Assembly (NCBI GenBank): GCA_002269645.1
Contig: NIVC01000268.1
Coordinates: 469,647 to 533,646 of the forward strand
Source of the DNA: Macrostomum lignano
Lineage: Eukaryota
Reading direction: 5' to 3'
DNA: 64,000 bases
The translations under genes were made by a program, and so were the position numbers. This document shows, piece by piece, positions 12,794 to 27,775 of the stretch (position 1 is its first letter; every line of letters begins with the position of its first letter). The notes beneath the pieces are model-generated. The model had not been told where the DNA came from and searched no databases. It saw only the letters and a program-made list of their open reading frames with translations.

Positions 12794-14352
12794 TAATATA
12801 AGGATAGATGGATCGGATACGCTATAATGCATTATCGCAGTGACAGTTCCTGAGTGCACATGCAAACCTCAGTGGTGAGTTGGCTTTCAACAGCCTCCAG
12901 AAAGCCAAAGAGAGATTTCATTCCACATACACACACCACATAGCTCTTATCCCATAATCCCAATCCCAATCATGGCCTGCCTCTTCCCCTTGCCTCGCCA
13001 GCTCCCTTTCCCTCTCTACCCGCCTCCAATCCTTTCGAAAAGTTATGAGAGACGCGCCGAGCACTAATAACTGCGGACTGGGACGCCGAACCGGCGCAGG
13101 GATGAATGCTGGGCTGTGAAAAAAGGGGACACAGGGGCCGGGAGCCCGGCGCGCGTACACTGTACACCAAGCGGTACTGCAGTTGGCCGGTCACCGGAAT
13201 TTAATGACAGTTTGCAACTAGTGCGCCCGGGACAAGATAGATAGATGCACAGCGGCGATACGGGTAGAGCTTCGGGTGGCTGGTGCGGTTGAACGGCGAG
13301 TGGGAGGCCAAGCTGATAAGGATTTTCATTATTATTTTTTGCGAGCGAGTGGATACTCCCAATCCCCCAGTGTAGTATTATTATTCGTTTGGCATTGGTA
13401 GAAAACGGAGCAAACCTTTATCATACAGTTATTACTTGTTCCTGTTCCTTTATACACCAACACAACAGCATTTTGCTGCATGAAATTCATTTTCTATCTC
13501 AATTTAATCATAGAGAAACTGTTTCCAGGTGGTGTGCTCACCAAATATAATGCATATACTAGAATTCGTACGAATGATACGCAAATTTTATATCCCGACA
13601 CGACTTCCTGACACACGCATCCGACTAAATCAATAGAAGAATCATGTGTAGAACAAATGTTGACAAGTAACTATAGGAGCTTACAGTTCGTGTAAATCTC
13701 TCTGTCAGCAGGTAGTAGTAGGTATCATAAGCACGTATCTCAGTAAAATTTATATGCAGGCATACCGTTCAAACATAATTACTAATGCTAAACAAATAGA
13801 TCATTTGAGGCAGGTGAACCTGAAGGTACTATAGCAACACCAAATTTCAGTCGTATTGTGTAAAAGATGAAATTAAAAGAGGCTTTATTTAGATTTTTTT
13901 AGATATAGAGGTTGGCCCTATAATAAAGCTAAGGGGCCTAGTTTATAGATCTTTCAAGCTACTTGTTGCAATAATTGTTTGTATAAACAAATAGCTAGAA
14001 ATTGAGCGTCTACGTAACTCCCATTTAAAGCTTGTTGGAGCTTTTAAATTTATAGGAAACCATATAAACTTATTTCTGTTAATGCGGCGAAAGCTGTTGC
14101 AATATGCCAATAATAAAATCCACCTTTTACAGCCCATCCATTTTAGTGTTGCAGTTAGCATGTCTCGTCTGGGATAAAGTGCGTTTTGTGCTAATCTCCC
14201 CAGTTATTAAGATCAAAAACGCTAATATTTATAGGTAGTCTATATATACTGATATATTAGGCTAACTAAAAAGTTGTACCTAAAGCTAGAAAATCTCAGA
14301 GAAAAGAAAAATCGCCAATCACTGTCAATTGTCAGTCAACGAAACGCCTTAC

Positions 14353-14975
14353 CTGATTAGTGTATCCATTGCCATACTGTGGTTAGTGAACAAATTAGCA
14401 CGCCCTCCACCGCCGTTAGAGCTGTCTTGCTGCTGCTGTTGAGAAGCAGGAGAGTCGTCAACGCGTCGTTTACCCGGCTGTTGCTTCTGTTGTTGCTGCT
14501 TTTTGCCACCAGAAGACGTTGAACCAGTAGCCGCGTCGGACAATGTCGATTCCCGACGTTCAACAACGTCTAATTGAAGTAGAACGAATAGAATGTTCAT
14601 AACCACAACGCATATGTCGGGTTTGTTGTGTTTCTTGCTAATCCAGTAGACTGCCCGAAGAATAACCGAATAGTTTAGATGGCCGTTCTCTTGGATGTAG
14701 AATAGGGAGCCTGGCACCTCCTCTTCGCATTCTTCTTCGTCCGTGTAGCGAATATTTGAATCGCTTTTGCTGCCTAATGCGCCGTGTACGATTTTGTTAC
14801 CACCAGAGCCTGATGCTGCAGCTGCGGCAACGCCAGACTTGTTATCCGAATTAATGCTCAACTCGTCCTCTGAGTTGTTAACCTGACAATCATTGATGTT
14901 TTCTTGGAGTCTTTTAGGTGCACTTAACTCCCGTTTAAAATCGTCTAACTGGTAGCGACTGCCATTCATGATCTT
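14353..14975 (-). CDS. unc-80: UNC-80 exon 3
   Basis: Acceptor ttatag|AAG; contains GHLNYSVILRAVYWIS...ICVVVMNILFVLLQL; donor AG|GTAAGG; phase 0 to 2. Confidence 0.9.
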
Positions 14976-15198
14976 CTATAACTAGGTAGCTACAATTTAC
15001 CATTCTAGATCCTCTTTCGGGTAGCTAAAATCTCCCATTCAAGATCCTCAACTGGTAGCCATGATCTGTCATTCGAGACATTTTTGCATTGCTCTATTAA
15101 CCGTTACATAAGATTACCTTAAACTTTCCTTAAGGTTTGTACCCTACGGTTTGAAGCAATTTACAGTCCCACTCCCAGTTCACAAGATATGCGCCAAC

Positions 15199-15505
15199 CT
15201 TGATGACCGGTCTACTCGACGGTCTGCCGAGTGTAAACCTTGCCGAATCGTTTAGCCCGCTCTCGCCGGCAGATCCTGAAGCTCCTCCTCCACCGCCAGC
15301 GGCGTCGGAATCGTTGCCCGACGAGCTCCTCCTAGAAGATGGCGAAGCAATCGAAGCTAGAAATTCGTTTAGACTTAGACCAGCAGCGGCACCAACGCCG
15401 ATGCCGCCTCCGCTACTGCCGCCGCCACCGGACAAGCCCCCAACTGCGCCGTCCTCTTCGGTGGTGGCTCGACGCGGCCTCTTGACGCCGCAGGCACTGG
15501 CACTA

Positions 15506-15548
<43 letters not shown>

Positions 15549-15718
15549 TGTCTTGTGAGAAGGCCCCAATAGAGGCGGCAGTGTGCAACGGACCAAACGA
15601 CGCCTCAGGCGGAGGCTTAGCAGAAACAGGCAAACTGCGACTCCTTGGCCTGTCTTTCTCTTCGGACTGGGTGCGCTCTAGTTCGCGTTGAACCTCCAGC
15701 AGGCGTTTGTGCATGTAT
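15199..15718 (-). CDS. unc-80: UNC-80 exon 2 (low-complexity Gly/Ser-rich)
   Basis: Acceptor ccag|A completes ...WALR-YMHKRLLEV; donor AAG|GTTGGC; phase 2 to 0. Confidence 0.88.
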
Positions 15719-18225
15719 CTGGATTGCGTGGGAGGTGGATTTCTTATCTTGTGGGAAACATCTATACTTGACTTTAATTATGATTTCGCGAGCGCTTGTT
15801 GTATACTCGTTGTTGATTCCATCGTAAGAGTGACAATTGACTCGAAAAATCGAAAGGCATACCTATTGCCAGAATATCCACTTAAATTATAATTACGGGC
15901 TTATTTTCATCCATGCAATCCAGCCAAGTGATTTTCTGCTCCGAAGTAAAATTATTAAAACTCTACTTCTGTTCCACTTAGCCTCGTAAATTGAAGCATC
16001 AATCGGCAACTCGCATATGCTTGTTTAAATTATTTTTAGAATCAATCAAACAAATTTATTCCCAAAATGGAAAATAGACGTACAGAATTTTTTCAATGTA
16101 TATCAATTTTTTCTGAAACTAAAAATATCAGAGAAAAGCGCTAAGGAATTGCTAAAAATTTAAGTACTACAAAACTTAATAATAAAAATCTATGAAGGGA
16201 ATAATCATCGTTGCGAGTTAATTTTAAACCTTGTGCAAAAACAAACCAACGTGAGAGAGCCATAAATTTATCCAACAGTTTAGCCGTTTAGCCACGCCCA
16301 AAGCTCACTAGACCCTCGCTGGCTAAGGATGTTCTTAGCCAGAACAAAATTGGCTTGAAATTTGAGGCTTCTAGAGGTAAATTAAATCGGAATTAGTGCT
16401 TTCCTGATAGTTGACTCAATAAAATCGCCCATCAATAACACTTTCCGTTGTAAATGTTACTGAAATCCATTAAATAATCGAATTATGATCGATGAACAGT
16501 CCAAATTAACTATCCATTTAGTTAGTTTTCTAGCAGATGCATTGGTATTGATAATGACAGATAGTAAACGTAGACAAATTGCTAGCTTAATATGTTATAT
16601 ATCTATAGTTAATCACTCGCTGATATTGAGTTGCTTAGTAGAGCCCGAACTGGGAGAGTCGAAGAAAAGAGAGAGAGAGAGAGAGGGAGGGAGCAAATGT
16701 TGAGGAAATTGCAGAGAGGCAGAGAGAAAGCTTCGTCTGGGACCGCAAGTCTAGCGTGAGCGCCCTGCGTCACGGAGGGGTGGCAGGGAGTAAAAGAAGA
16801 CGGAAGGGATAAAAAAAATAGCTGGCCTAAATCAGGCCGTGCTCACGTTGAGTGCGGGTGGCTTTTCAGTGTCGCCTTTTGCTAACCTCCTTCCCGCAGC
16901 CCCCTAATGCGCGCCCCCGTTTTCCAGTACCGTTCACTAAACTACAAGAAGCACTTCTGTGGCTTTTCTCGTGGTGAGATTCGGCGAATTCAGAGGTTAC
17001 TGAACTGATCTCTTACCCCCTCCTCCCCTACACGCACACCCCCAAGTGGTCTGTTTTCTCCACCCCTAGCCCTCCTTCATACTCTTAGTTCTCGTGTTTC
17101 ATTGACCTCCCAATTCACGGGCGCGAGAGAGAAAAGCTATGTTAGACAGTTTTTTGATTGCCAAACGCTGAGAGCAGTAGCCGCAGCCGCGCACTCAAAT
17201 AAGTGCCCCCCCCTGCCCTCCTGTGTGCGTGTTCTCAGGCTACTCAAGTTTTAAGGCTCAAGGACTGCCAGCCAGCCGTTTCCTTAATCATTCACTTGGT
17301 CGTTTTTTATTTTAACGGAAATGTCATTTAACGCCAAGAGAAGACCGTATTAGTAAAGAAGTTAGCATATATAGGTTTCACTATGCGCAGCCAAGTCCCT
17401 TGGCACACGTTTATTATTCCTTTCTAACGACCAGCCGGTCTTACCAATAGAAAACCACAGCCTTAAGTCCCCAACCCTGTCAAATCAGAAAGTACAATGT
17501 AACCAAAAAAACATTTATCAACCCTAATGTCGGTACCGGTCCATCAGAGGACTACATAAAAAGAGGATTAGACTAGCGCGCTGGATTATCCTCTGATTGA
17601 GTGAACAAGCTTCACGGATGCTGAGAGAGCTCACAACTACAACGCTGGCAGGTGCAGCTAGCGCAGTTAGATGCAGATTGCATCGCAAGATAAGCTTGTT
17701 GATAAAGCTGAATAGAACTTAGTTCCGTTAAGTTGATTATATCGCTACTAAAATCCACTTAATCCAGGGGGTAAGGAATCAGCAAATATGGATGCAATCT
17801 ATTTGATTAACTGCTTCTTAGTCTTGTAAGAAAGTAAGAAATCAAAAAGGATTTCGTAGGTAGTCCTATATTATATATACTACCAGATAGAAACGTTCTT
17901 TAGACGGAGTCTCATATCGCGAATCTCTGAGATAATGAAATATGATTTTTTTCTGAAACTGTTTACTTTCGATCAAACCTATAATAATTTCGCATAGATT
18001 TTCTCAAAGAATGACTAACAATCTGGATATTTTGAAGCTTGTATACTAAATCAAACAGCAATGTACTGTGTTGTACTTAATCCATGAAAAGCATTCGGAA
18101 CTATTCGGAATACAGGAAATAAGCAACTCCCACAGTTTTAGTTCTAGCCCACCGGACTAGCGACCTTATTAGCATAGCATAAGTAAAAAATAGCTTAAAA
18201 AAGCATTAATAATCAGTGTACCAAC

Positions 18226-19514
18226 CTAAGTGCCCAGTAGACTCCTTGCTCCTTCCACTTCAGACAGAACAGACAGCGGAGCACAGCAACGTCAAACAGG
18301 GTTGCCGACAGCAGGTCCGGGTTCACTGGGCCCATTGGCATTGAGGACACAACTGATGCTAATCGTTGCGCAATCCACTCTTTGTCTATGGGCGATTTGA
18401 GCTTCTTTTTTAATCTAGGATCCGAAAACGTCCACGAATAGCGTTGCGAACTGTTGCATTTGCAGCCCACAAATTCTCCGGACCGATTGTACACCACGGA
18501 CTGACAGAGTTCGCAGACTATTTCAACATCGGCGCCAGTTTCAGCAGACATTGCCGACAGCGGGCAGATTTCCGACATGTTCGCCGTTGGGGCCGGCTGT
18601 TCACCTCCTACTAGCGTCGAAGGCAAATCGTAGTCGCTAGTGTCGGCTTCCAGATCCACTGCCGGCACCTCCAGCTGTTCCATGCTGGTGCCTTTGCCAA
18701 TGTAGATGTGCGCAACGTTGGCTCCTAATCTACGATTGCCTTTTAGTAGAGATCGCCTCGGCTTAGCCAGACTGCTAAAGCAAGACGCCTCCGGTGAGCG
18801 ATAGTCCCACATCGCTTGCCAGACGCGAAGGCCGCTCTCCAATTTGAGCGTTAAAAATTGATCCTCTCTTAGCTCCATAACTAGGGGAGCAAACAGATAC
18901 ACGAATAGTTGCACGGTGCACACACTGTGAATGTACCGGTACTGACTAGTTGGCTTGCTGGCTGACGATCCGCCAACTGCTAGGCCGTCGGGGCTGCCGC
19001 TGCTACCCGGCATGTCTATGGCAACGGCGCCGCTGTGACCGCTGGCGCCTGGTAGGCCGCCGCCTGCTCCAACTACGCCTCCGCCATTGGTGTCCTCGTT
19101 GTCCTCGCATTCACTAGCTGCGTCTAATAAAATCCAATGCAGCGTGTATAGCAGTTTGGTCTCGTTGGCGTCAAATTTGCCTTGCTTATGCATTTGATCG
19201 TCTGTGAAGAATTTCTCCGACAATATAGTGGCCGCGCAGTGCATCACGTGGGGCAGAGCGGCTTGAATCAAGCGCCAACGGCTAATGCTTTGCAGAGCTT
19301 CGCACAGCGCCGGCGATTGACTCCTAGTCTGAGCTTGAACTAGCACCACTTCGAACTGCTGAGCCGTTGAAGCTCGCTGCAACTGGGTCTGGCTGGCGTT
19401 TTTGCTAGACCGAATGAACGGCGTAGTGATTTGCCACAGCCAGCTCTGCACAGGCAGCGGCAGCCGTAGGTTACCATTCGGACTCGAATCGTTAACGCTT
19501 CGTCGCTTCACCAT
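18226..19514 (-). CDS. unc-80: UNC-80 (NALCN channelosome scaffold), coding exon 1
   Basis: Begins MVKRRSVNDS...PLPVQSWLWQ...LCEALQSISRWRLIQAALPHVMHCAATIL...ETKLLYTLHWILLDA, matching the UNC-80 N-terminus (human MVKRKS...PLPIQTFLWRQ...SISRWELVQAALPHVLHC). ATG at 19514, donor AG|GTTGGT. Model: 19514-18226, 15718-15199, 14975-14353, 8255-7850, 7590-7081, 6672-5934, 5330-5067, 4606-4295; all GT-AG with consistent phases, 4,663 nt total. Confidence 0.95.
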
Positions 19515-22500
19515 CGCGTCTTTAAGCCAGATGCTTGGCTGGCTTACTAGACTAAACAATTATGGGAGATGTAAGTTGCGATTTTCTGATGCAGCGGCTG
19601 CAAGCGCGGCCTTTGCTTGGGGGCTGCTACTTGTTGACGCTCACAGAACCAGTTCGCTTGGGCTGAAATCGATAATAAATGTTTTAGAGAACAGGGCACA
19701 ATATGTATTTGATTTATTCTACTTGAGTGACGATTCTTTAAACATAATGAAACAATCACAACTTTGTTTGACTTGATATGTTAAAAAGTATACAGAGGAG
19801 GGAATATTTAATACTAAAGTCCAATACATAAAGTGTTGCAATGAAAGAAAAAGGTTTCTCTGACTTTATGCATCAATTAAATCAAATATTTGTTGTGGAT
19901 TCGATTTCATTGAGCAAAATTTACTGCAAACAATGACTATTGTAACAGTAATAGCAATCTTATTACGAGCTAAGTCATTCTAGAACTTTGAATTATCATG
20001 TCTGGAATTTATAGACAGAAGAGCCTATAAAATATGCTATTAAAAATTGATAAAGGATAATTAAAGAAAAACTACCTACAGCTAGTTATAATTTTTGTCA
20101 GTAACTTTCATATTTATCAGGAGTGAAAAAGTTTTAACATACAAATATTTATAGATTAAATAATTTTGAAAAAGGAAAAAGACTATTATTAAAACTGTTC
20201 AATCTTGATTTATTAAAAAAAAGCTTTAGAGAATCAAAAATGGATCAATAGACGATTTTTTCCATTGGAGTTGAAGGAACAAGAATATATTTTTTCAAAC
20301 TTTCTAACTAACTAAAATTTTATTAATCTCCTATTACTAAATCATATAAATTTTTTTATAAAATCTTAAATCCTAAAATCATAAATATATTTTTTATTTA
20401 AAATATGTACCAATTTGTTATTTGCATTTAAAATTAGAATGCCATGCATTTCATAAAACATTATTTGGCATAATCAGTTATTTGTCATTTTCATTGTTAA
20501 TTCAAGCAATCAAACTGCCACATGCAAACTTGACTACAAGTCCCTAAATTATTCTCAGCAACCAACTGCAGCAAAAAGAGGGCTTAGAAGAATGTAAAAA
20601 TCAAAACATAGCAACATATTAAACTATTAACAAACTCTATTAAACATTTCCAAATATATCCTTAAATATCAAGCTGCAACTATACTCGGCTTATAGATTA
20701 GTCTTTAACTAATACTGTATAATTAAAACAGTTTTATGTAGTATAACTGTTATATATACATAATTTGCATATAAAAATACATATATCAAAACTTTAGATT
20801 TATTAGTAAAAAATCTGAGTTGGGTTGAGTAAAAAAACAAAGTTTAACTAATAACTATAATACATAAAGCAAAGTTTGATCCACAATCCTCAGAGGAAAA
20901 GTAGCTCGTAGTATTTATAAAAAATAGTGTTTTTTTATCCCCGTACTTTAGATTTTTTTAGACAAGACTTAAGATTCCAATGTGAAACCTTTAAGAAGTA
21001 CAAACCCTGTAATACTTCTTGCTGCAAAAACCACAAAGGAGTTCGACTACAAAGTTTAACTACAAATTAAAAATAAATTTCCCTAAAAATATCGCCTACG
21101 CCTAATTTGGGCATACAAACTATCCTCTACATAACTATATTTTTTTCTCGACAATGCCTTTAACAAAGTTCATGTATACTGCAAACTCATTTTCCAACTG
21201 AAAATAAACACTCCACTACTTAATAATTCTCCAAAAGCTACATAAATCAAGAAAACTACACGAAAGACTTTACGAACCCAAAAAACCACTTATTATAAGA
21301 TGGTAACGACTCTCTGCAACCTACGTTTCCTTTCGGAGAGTTAATAAATTTCAATTGGCAATAAGTAGGACACGAAAATAAAATGGACAACGCGCGATAA
21401 TTCAGATAAAAAACAAATAAGTTAAACCTTTTGCGTTTAAGAGGCATAGTGAAACAAAATTTATTGTTTTCAGTATACTAAGCTACGCACGAAGTCTATT
21501 AAATCTCACTTAATCTAACCAATTAAGTAAGAAAAAACTATAAAGATGCTTTCCGAACCTATTTCCTGAATCGTTTAAATCAAAGAATCAAGAATCCGTA
21601 ATTTTTACACTGGCCGGCCAACCTGCCGTCGTCGCTGGCTGGCACCGCATGCAAGCGTGAGATTTTATCTTTGAGGATTTTTGAGGCTGTCAACTTAATT
21701 ATTTGTTTGTGAAAATATTTTTGTTCTAGTGGCAACAATAGTTAATTTATGAAATTTTCTAATTATGGGTAGTTAATTTATACTTCTAATAATAATAATA
21801 TACCTTCATAATCAACAATGACATTGGTTTCAGTGGTACTGTGGTAGGCCTAGTCTATCTAATTGTATTTGAATTGGAGTCGCATTTTCAATTGTTGCTA
21901 AACTTTCAATTTTCATTTATGGTCATACTCTCAAGAATGCTTTTTTGAGGGATTCTTGCATGTAAAATTTTCCAGGCAGTCATTGGTGTGTGTACATAGG
22001 CCCTAGGTAGTGTGCAAAATTTACAAAATGGAGGTTGGGAAGCTGCAACATGTTTAGGTCCTACACCTCTAGGTCCTATATGTACAGTGTACTGCAGCCA
22101 AGAGCTAGAATGCAAAACTGTCAACGCATAGGCCTATGCATTTAACACTAGGGATTTTCTTGCTTTGCATACTAGGCCTACAATAATTCCAATAATAATA
22201 AAAATTTACTATTCATTTAAATATATGAAATTGGTTGATAGATAATCAATTATGTCTATTGTGTTTTTTCTAGTTTCTAGTTCCTTGACCTTTGTCTACT
22301 GGCAGTTCATTTGCTAAATAGACAAAAAGCCTATTAATTTTTTTTATTTATAATTTGTTTGTTTTTTGTTTACTAGGAAATAAAAATAAGAGAGTAAGGC
22401 AGTGGGATAGGATAGGGAGTAGGCTGGGAAGCCACTTAATAGTATCTTTGTTAATTTTGAAATGCTATAGCTAGTATAGATTTATCATAATTAATAAACT

Positions 22501-24000
22501 ATTTTACAATATATATAATATCTATTATACAAATAATAATATTTATAATCTTGATTTAAAACTAGTAGAAATGAAACTTAAAAATTTTCTAAAGATAAAA
22601 TATATTAGGCCTAATAAATTCTTTTTTATTCAATAATTCTAAGATGGAATTAGAATTTGTCATTTTAAATCTAAAGTTATATATATCATGTCTCTCCCTT
22701 TCTAAAACATTTATTCCTAATGATAATAACAAGTCTATAAAATGGTATAGATTGTTATAACTAAAGAGACCAACCCCCCTTTGTATTATTTAACATTATC
22801 AAAAAAATATTTTTAGGTAGCTCCTATCTTATTCCATATTTCTACCTTCATTTCCTAGCAGACTAGGAAATGAGCAGACTTCCTAGCAGACTGCTCAATA
22901 TAATAGACAATTTGTTGGTAGATAAAATGACTAGCACCCTTGTCTGTAGCATCTGTTAGGCCTGATTTTTTATCTACTAAAGTAGGCCTAATTGTCATAA
23001 AATCATTTTTTACCAATTTGGTCATTTTGTCTACCATAAAGAATTTTGCCTTATATTATAAAGTTACATTTAGTAATTAAAAGTCATAGCATTCAATGGA
23101 GAGCCAATAGAGCTATCCAAATGAGGAAAGCCAATGTACATATACTAGAGTGCTATGATGTCATGCATCATACATGTGCAACCTCCAAAATTCGGTCAGC
23201 CGTGCGACTTAGTTTTAACAAAAATGCGACGTAGTTTTTGGCCAAAAATGCGACTTACATATTAAAAAACCCAAAAGCAAAATTAACGCAACTTTGGGTA
23301 AACGGCAGGAGTAACTATGACTGTTTTATTAAGCTGAAATGCCTCGTCAGCTACTTAGTACTACTCTTCAGGTTATTTTTTGGGTGGGCATTTTTGCGAC
23401 TTCCTTGATTGGCCGCCAAATTGGTCGGCCGGATCGGCCGACCCGGCCGACTGTTGCGCATGTATGTCATGCATATTGACAAATATATATTTTTTCATTT
23501 GCATGCTATCCATGCAAAGTTTTTTAGAATGCAACTACATTTTCTAGAGTATAGTTACTATATAGTCATTGTTTCTTCTTTTGCTATTCTTTCCATAGAC
23601 AAAAAACTCTCCATGAAAATTAGCAGATAAAAAAATGGTTAACAAATTACAAAATCATTGTTAAATAGCCTAATATAGTATTTTGACTATGTATTTAATA
23701 TACTTGTATACAGGTTTGTATTTTTTAATATAATTTTGAAAATATATAGATGTGTCTGTCAAACTTCCAACAAAATATATCAAGCTGTCACTTTCTAAGA
23801 TATGAATTCCTATTTATGTCAAGGTGAAAGAATAACAAAGAGGTCTAATAGATTATTTTGGACAGAAGGTCCAATAGATATAATTTATATATTATACAGA
23901 TACCAAAAATGCCATTTTTTTCTTTCTCATTTCAGCTAGCCTTAGTCTGACATCAAATCAATAGATCAAAATTTCTATTTAGATTTCAATTATTGTCTTG

Positions 24001-24399
24001 ATGGCAAGTTTTTCCATAACACCAAGGCGTCAATTGAGACAAGTATTACATTGGCTAGCTTATGCTATAGGAATAAGCAGTCTCAGTCTTCTATTGTTAT
24101 GGCTCTATGCTGGTCGCAATCCGGTGCATTATTTGTACAATATAAACTTAGATAGTATAGCTCAACTACACGTGCTGCCATTGACTGTGGCTGGTACAGC
24201 CCTCTGCTTAGATGGCACTGCGCCAGCTGTCTATGTGTCCCACACTGGGCCCAATTGGATTGTCTATCTTGGCCAGGATTCTCTCTATTGGTGCCTCGAT
24301 GAAGAGGATTGCTTAGCGCGTAGTCACACGCCGCAGGGTAGTAGCAAGTGGCTACCAGATAAGCTTGAGCTGCATGGGATATTGTCGAATTCGGCTGAG
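24001..24399 (+). CDS. Notum/pectinacetylesterase-family protein (probable pseudo-esterase), exon 1
   Basis: Hydrophobic N-terminal segment, then ALCLDGTAPAVY...WCLDEEDCLARS...GSS...GILSN, as in the PAE/Notum family. Model 24001-24399, 25502-25839, 26913-27432, about 418 aa, GT-AG, phases 0 and 2. Confidence 0.88.
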
Positions 24400-25012
24400 G
24401 TAATTTGATTAATTTGCACTGCTTACAGCTTAACAGCCAGGAAAGCCTATATCCCGCCCTTGGATCCTTTTTAGAACTTCAGAGTAGCAATCCAGTCTGC
24501 TCAAGGTTTGTCTCTTCTCTGCTTCCTAGTTGAATCTCCTCTCGCTTCTGCTCACTTCTGCTCTTCTTTCCTCTCTTCTCTCCTCTTTTCTTCTCGCTTC
24601 TACTTTATTCCCTCGCCTCTCATTTTTCTCACATCTCTCTTCCCTCCCTTGGCCCGCAGTCATGTGAGACTCGTAAAAAAAGCTCACCGACCCCTGGTCT
24701 AATTAATCCTATTTCTCATATATAGGCAGACAGGCAGGTACTGGGTTTTTTAAGTGTCCAAATTTATTATGCCAAATTGAAAACCAGTATTGCCAGCCGG
24801 CATCAGTCAATAAGATCAAAATCAAATTAAACACCAGCATCTTCGCCCTATCATCTACACTGCTGAGCCTCTCTGACCTACAGAAGTTGCACAAAAGTCT
24901 GCAGACTCACTGTTTTTACAAATTACTTAAATTTGACAATGGGTAGAATTTATTAAAGCAAGATTTGTCACGACACATGCTGTGACACAAGCCTAGATAG
25001 GTAGATGGAATT

Positions 25013-25395
<383 letters not shown>

Positions 25396-25501
25396 TTGAT
25401 TAATTGATAGCTACTTGTTGCAGCTTCAGCTTATATTTGTGCAAGAAATTGTCATCTCAAATCAATTAGTTATTGCTTTCCTTCCCTTTTTCCCTTATTA
25501 G

Positions 25502-25839
25502 GTGAATCCAGATTTTCACACCTGGTCCAAAGCTGTAATTCACGCCTGCGACGGTAGCGGCTTTCTAGGCTATAGAGCCGCGCCTTTCCACGTCAACAAT
25601 CAGGCATTGTACAGTCGAGGCTATCACGTGATCTGGCGCGTTCTTGACTGGCTGAGAAGGCGCTATGGCGACAGTATGCAGCCGCACGAGTCTCAGTTTC
25701 TATTTGTTGGCCAGGGCTCTAGCGGTATCGCTTTGATGTTGGCGGCTAGGGATATAATTGACCAGTTTCCTTATAATCGGGTCAAGTTTGCTGTTGAGGG
25801 ATCTGTGCTCATCGACAAGGAGGCCGTTTTGATTGACAG
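25502..25839 (+). CDS. Notum/PAE-family protein, exon 2
   Basis: VNPDFHTWSKAVIHACDGSGFLG...SRGYHV (family NPDFYNWN...YCDG.SF.G...RG); donor AG|GTGCTT. Confidence 0.9.
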
Positions 25840-26282
25840 GTGCTTTATTTGTATTTTTGTTGCAATAGATTTGTTGTCTTAGTGGACCGCTGTGGTTCTT
25901 CAATTCACTCTATTTTACCTATAATCTTCTTCAGGTGCTTCAATGATCTTTTATCGCTTCTTCTTAGCGGCCCAGGCTCGATTTCCAGTGCAGTCATTAT
26001 AGTTTGGGGTTAAATTGGAATCTCGGCTTGGCTCTGCTCGTGCAATTAATGCCCTTGAGGGCCAATTCCCAAGGCACAGTGAAGTGTACATGTCTAAGCG
26101 ATAAATAAAGTATGAATGCGTACGTATCCGCGCGCTTGTGTGCCTGCTCGTGGGAGTCTACGGAATGGGCAGCCATGCCTCTCGCCGGTTTTGTTGCAAT
26201 GTCGCTTAAAGTACGGCTGTGTGCACACAACCCCGTCTTTCCTTAAGGATCTTCAGTGATCTATCAATCCTCTTTTCTTTGT

Positions 26283-26835
26283 GTCATTCAGTGACTTATC
26301 ACCGACTTCCTTCAGGTCCTTCAGTGACTTATCACCGACTTCCTTCAGGTCATTCAGTGACTTATCACCGACTTCCTGCAGGTCCTTCAGTGATCTATCA
26401 CCGACTTTCCTTCAGGTCCTTCAGTGATCTATCACTGATTTTCATTCAGGTCCTTCAGTGATCTATCACCGATTTTTATTCACGTGCTTCAGGGATTTAT
26501 CACCGATTTTCATTCACGTGCTTCAGGGATTTATCACCGATTTTCATTCAGGTCCTTCAGTGATCTATCAACGATTTTTATTCAGGTCCTTCAGTGATCT
26601 ATCACCGATTTTCATTCAGGTCCTTCAGTGATCTATCAACGATTTTTATTCAGGTCCTTCAGTGATCTATCACCGATTTTCATTCAGGTCCTTCAGTGAT
26701 CTATCAACGATTTTTATTCAGGTCCTTCAGTGATCTATCACCGATTTTCATTCAGGTCCTTCAGGGATTTATCACCGATTTTCATTCAGGTCCTTCAGTG
26801 ATCTTTCACCGATTTTCATTCAGGTTCTTCAGTGA
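26283..26835. repeat. 34-35-bp minisatellite, intron 2 of the Notum-like gene
   Basis: Unit TTCATTCAGGTCCTTCAGTGATCTATCACCGATT. Confidence 0.95.
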
Positions 26836-26912
26836 TCGACTGTCTTATTGCTTTCAGCCACTGCTAACCCTGTAAATACAGATTGTAACTGTCTGTCCGC
26901 ACCAATTCACAG

Positions 26913-27432
26913 GCTGCAGGCAATGATTAGCACGCATCACGTGACTAGAAATCCGCGTCTAAAAGACTGCTTTGAAGAGTTTCCTGAAGGACAGCGTCAA
27001 AAAAATTCCTGGCGCTGCCTTCTACTGTCTAATCTGTTAAGCGATCGCATCGATGATGAAGGAACAAAGGAGCCGGCGTTTTTCTTCTCGGGTAGCAACT
27101 ACGATAGGTGGCTGGCTATTAACGTGTACGCAGTCGCTTGTCCCCTTATTGACTGTCGCAGCGACGAGGAGAGCTATGCTAAATATGACCGATTGCGCAA
27201 TGCCTTAATCGACGCTATCAATCCTATAGATAAGAAATCTAAGCGCGACTCAATCTGGATGTGCTCCTGTTGGTCTCGGGGTCACCTGGTGCACGATCAA
27301 TTATTAACTAGAATCAACGTGGAAGGCTGGTCATTGGCCGAGGCTCTGAAAAAATGGTACTTCAATGATCAGCCAATGAAGCTGCATTTGGTTGATGGAG
27401 CATTTCCGTCTAATCCTACTTGTCCAGTTTGA
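26913..27432 (+). CDS. Notum/PAE-family protein, exon 3 (terminal)
   Basis: WRCLL...SNYDRW...SCWSRGH...SLAEALKKWYF...VDGAFPSNPTC, the family C-terminal pattern; TGA at 27430-27432. Confidence 0.88.
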
Positions 27433-27634
27433 TTGGTGGAATGCGTACTTTAATTACAAGATTTGCAATGTATATAAAGTATATTGGTTCTAATCTACTA
27501 AGTTCGAGTTTAATTGGTTTTGAGCTTTATTGTCCATCGTCAAAGTCCGACAAACTCTAGATGGAGTTTTAAATTCATAAGCTAGTGCTATAAATATACC
27601 TTTGCAATCTCCACTTGGGCAAAAGTGATGGGGG

Positions 27635-27775
27635 GGGCATCACAAACCCGAAAAATCACAACTCCGAAAAGCGCTTTCCATCATAAACCCCGAAAGTTCT
27701 AGCAATATCCAACACTTTTGGTTTTCGGAGTTATGATATTTCGGGTTTGTGATTTTTCGGGTTTTTGATGGGTAA
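27635..27775. mobile_element. Foldback/MITE-like hairpin element
   Basis: ATCACAAACCCGAAAAATCACAACTCCGAAAA on the left pairs with TTTTCGGAGTTATGATATTTCGGGTTTGTGAT on the right; no clear TSD. Confidence 0.65.
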
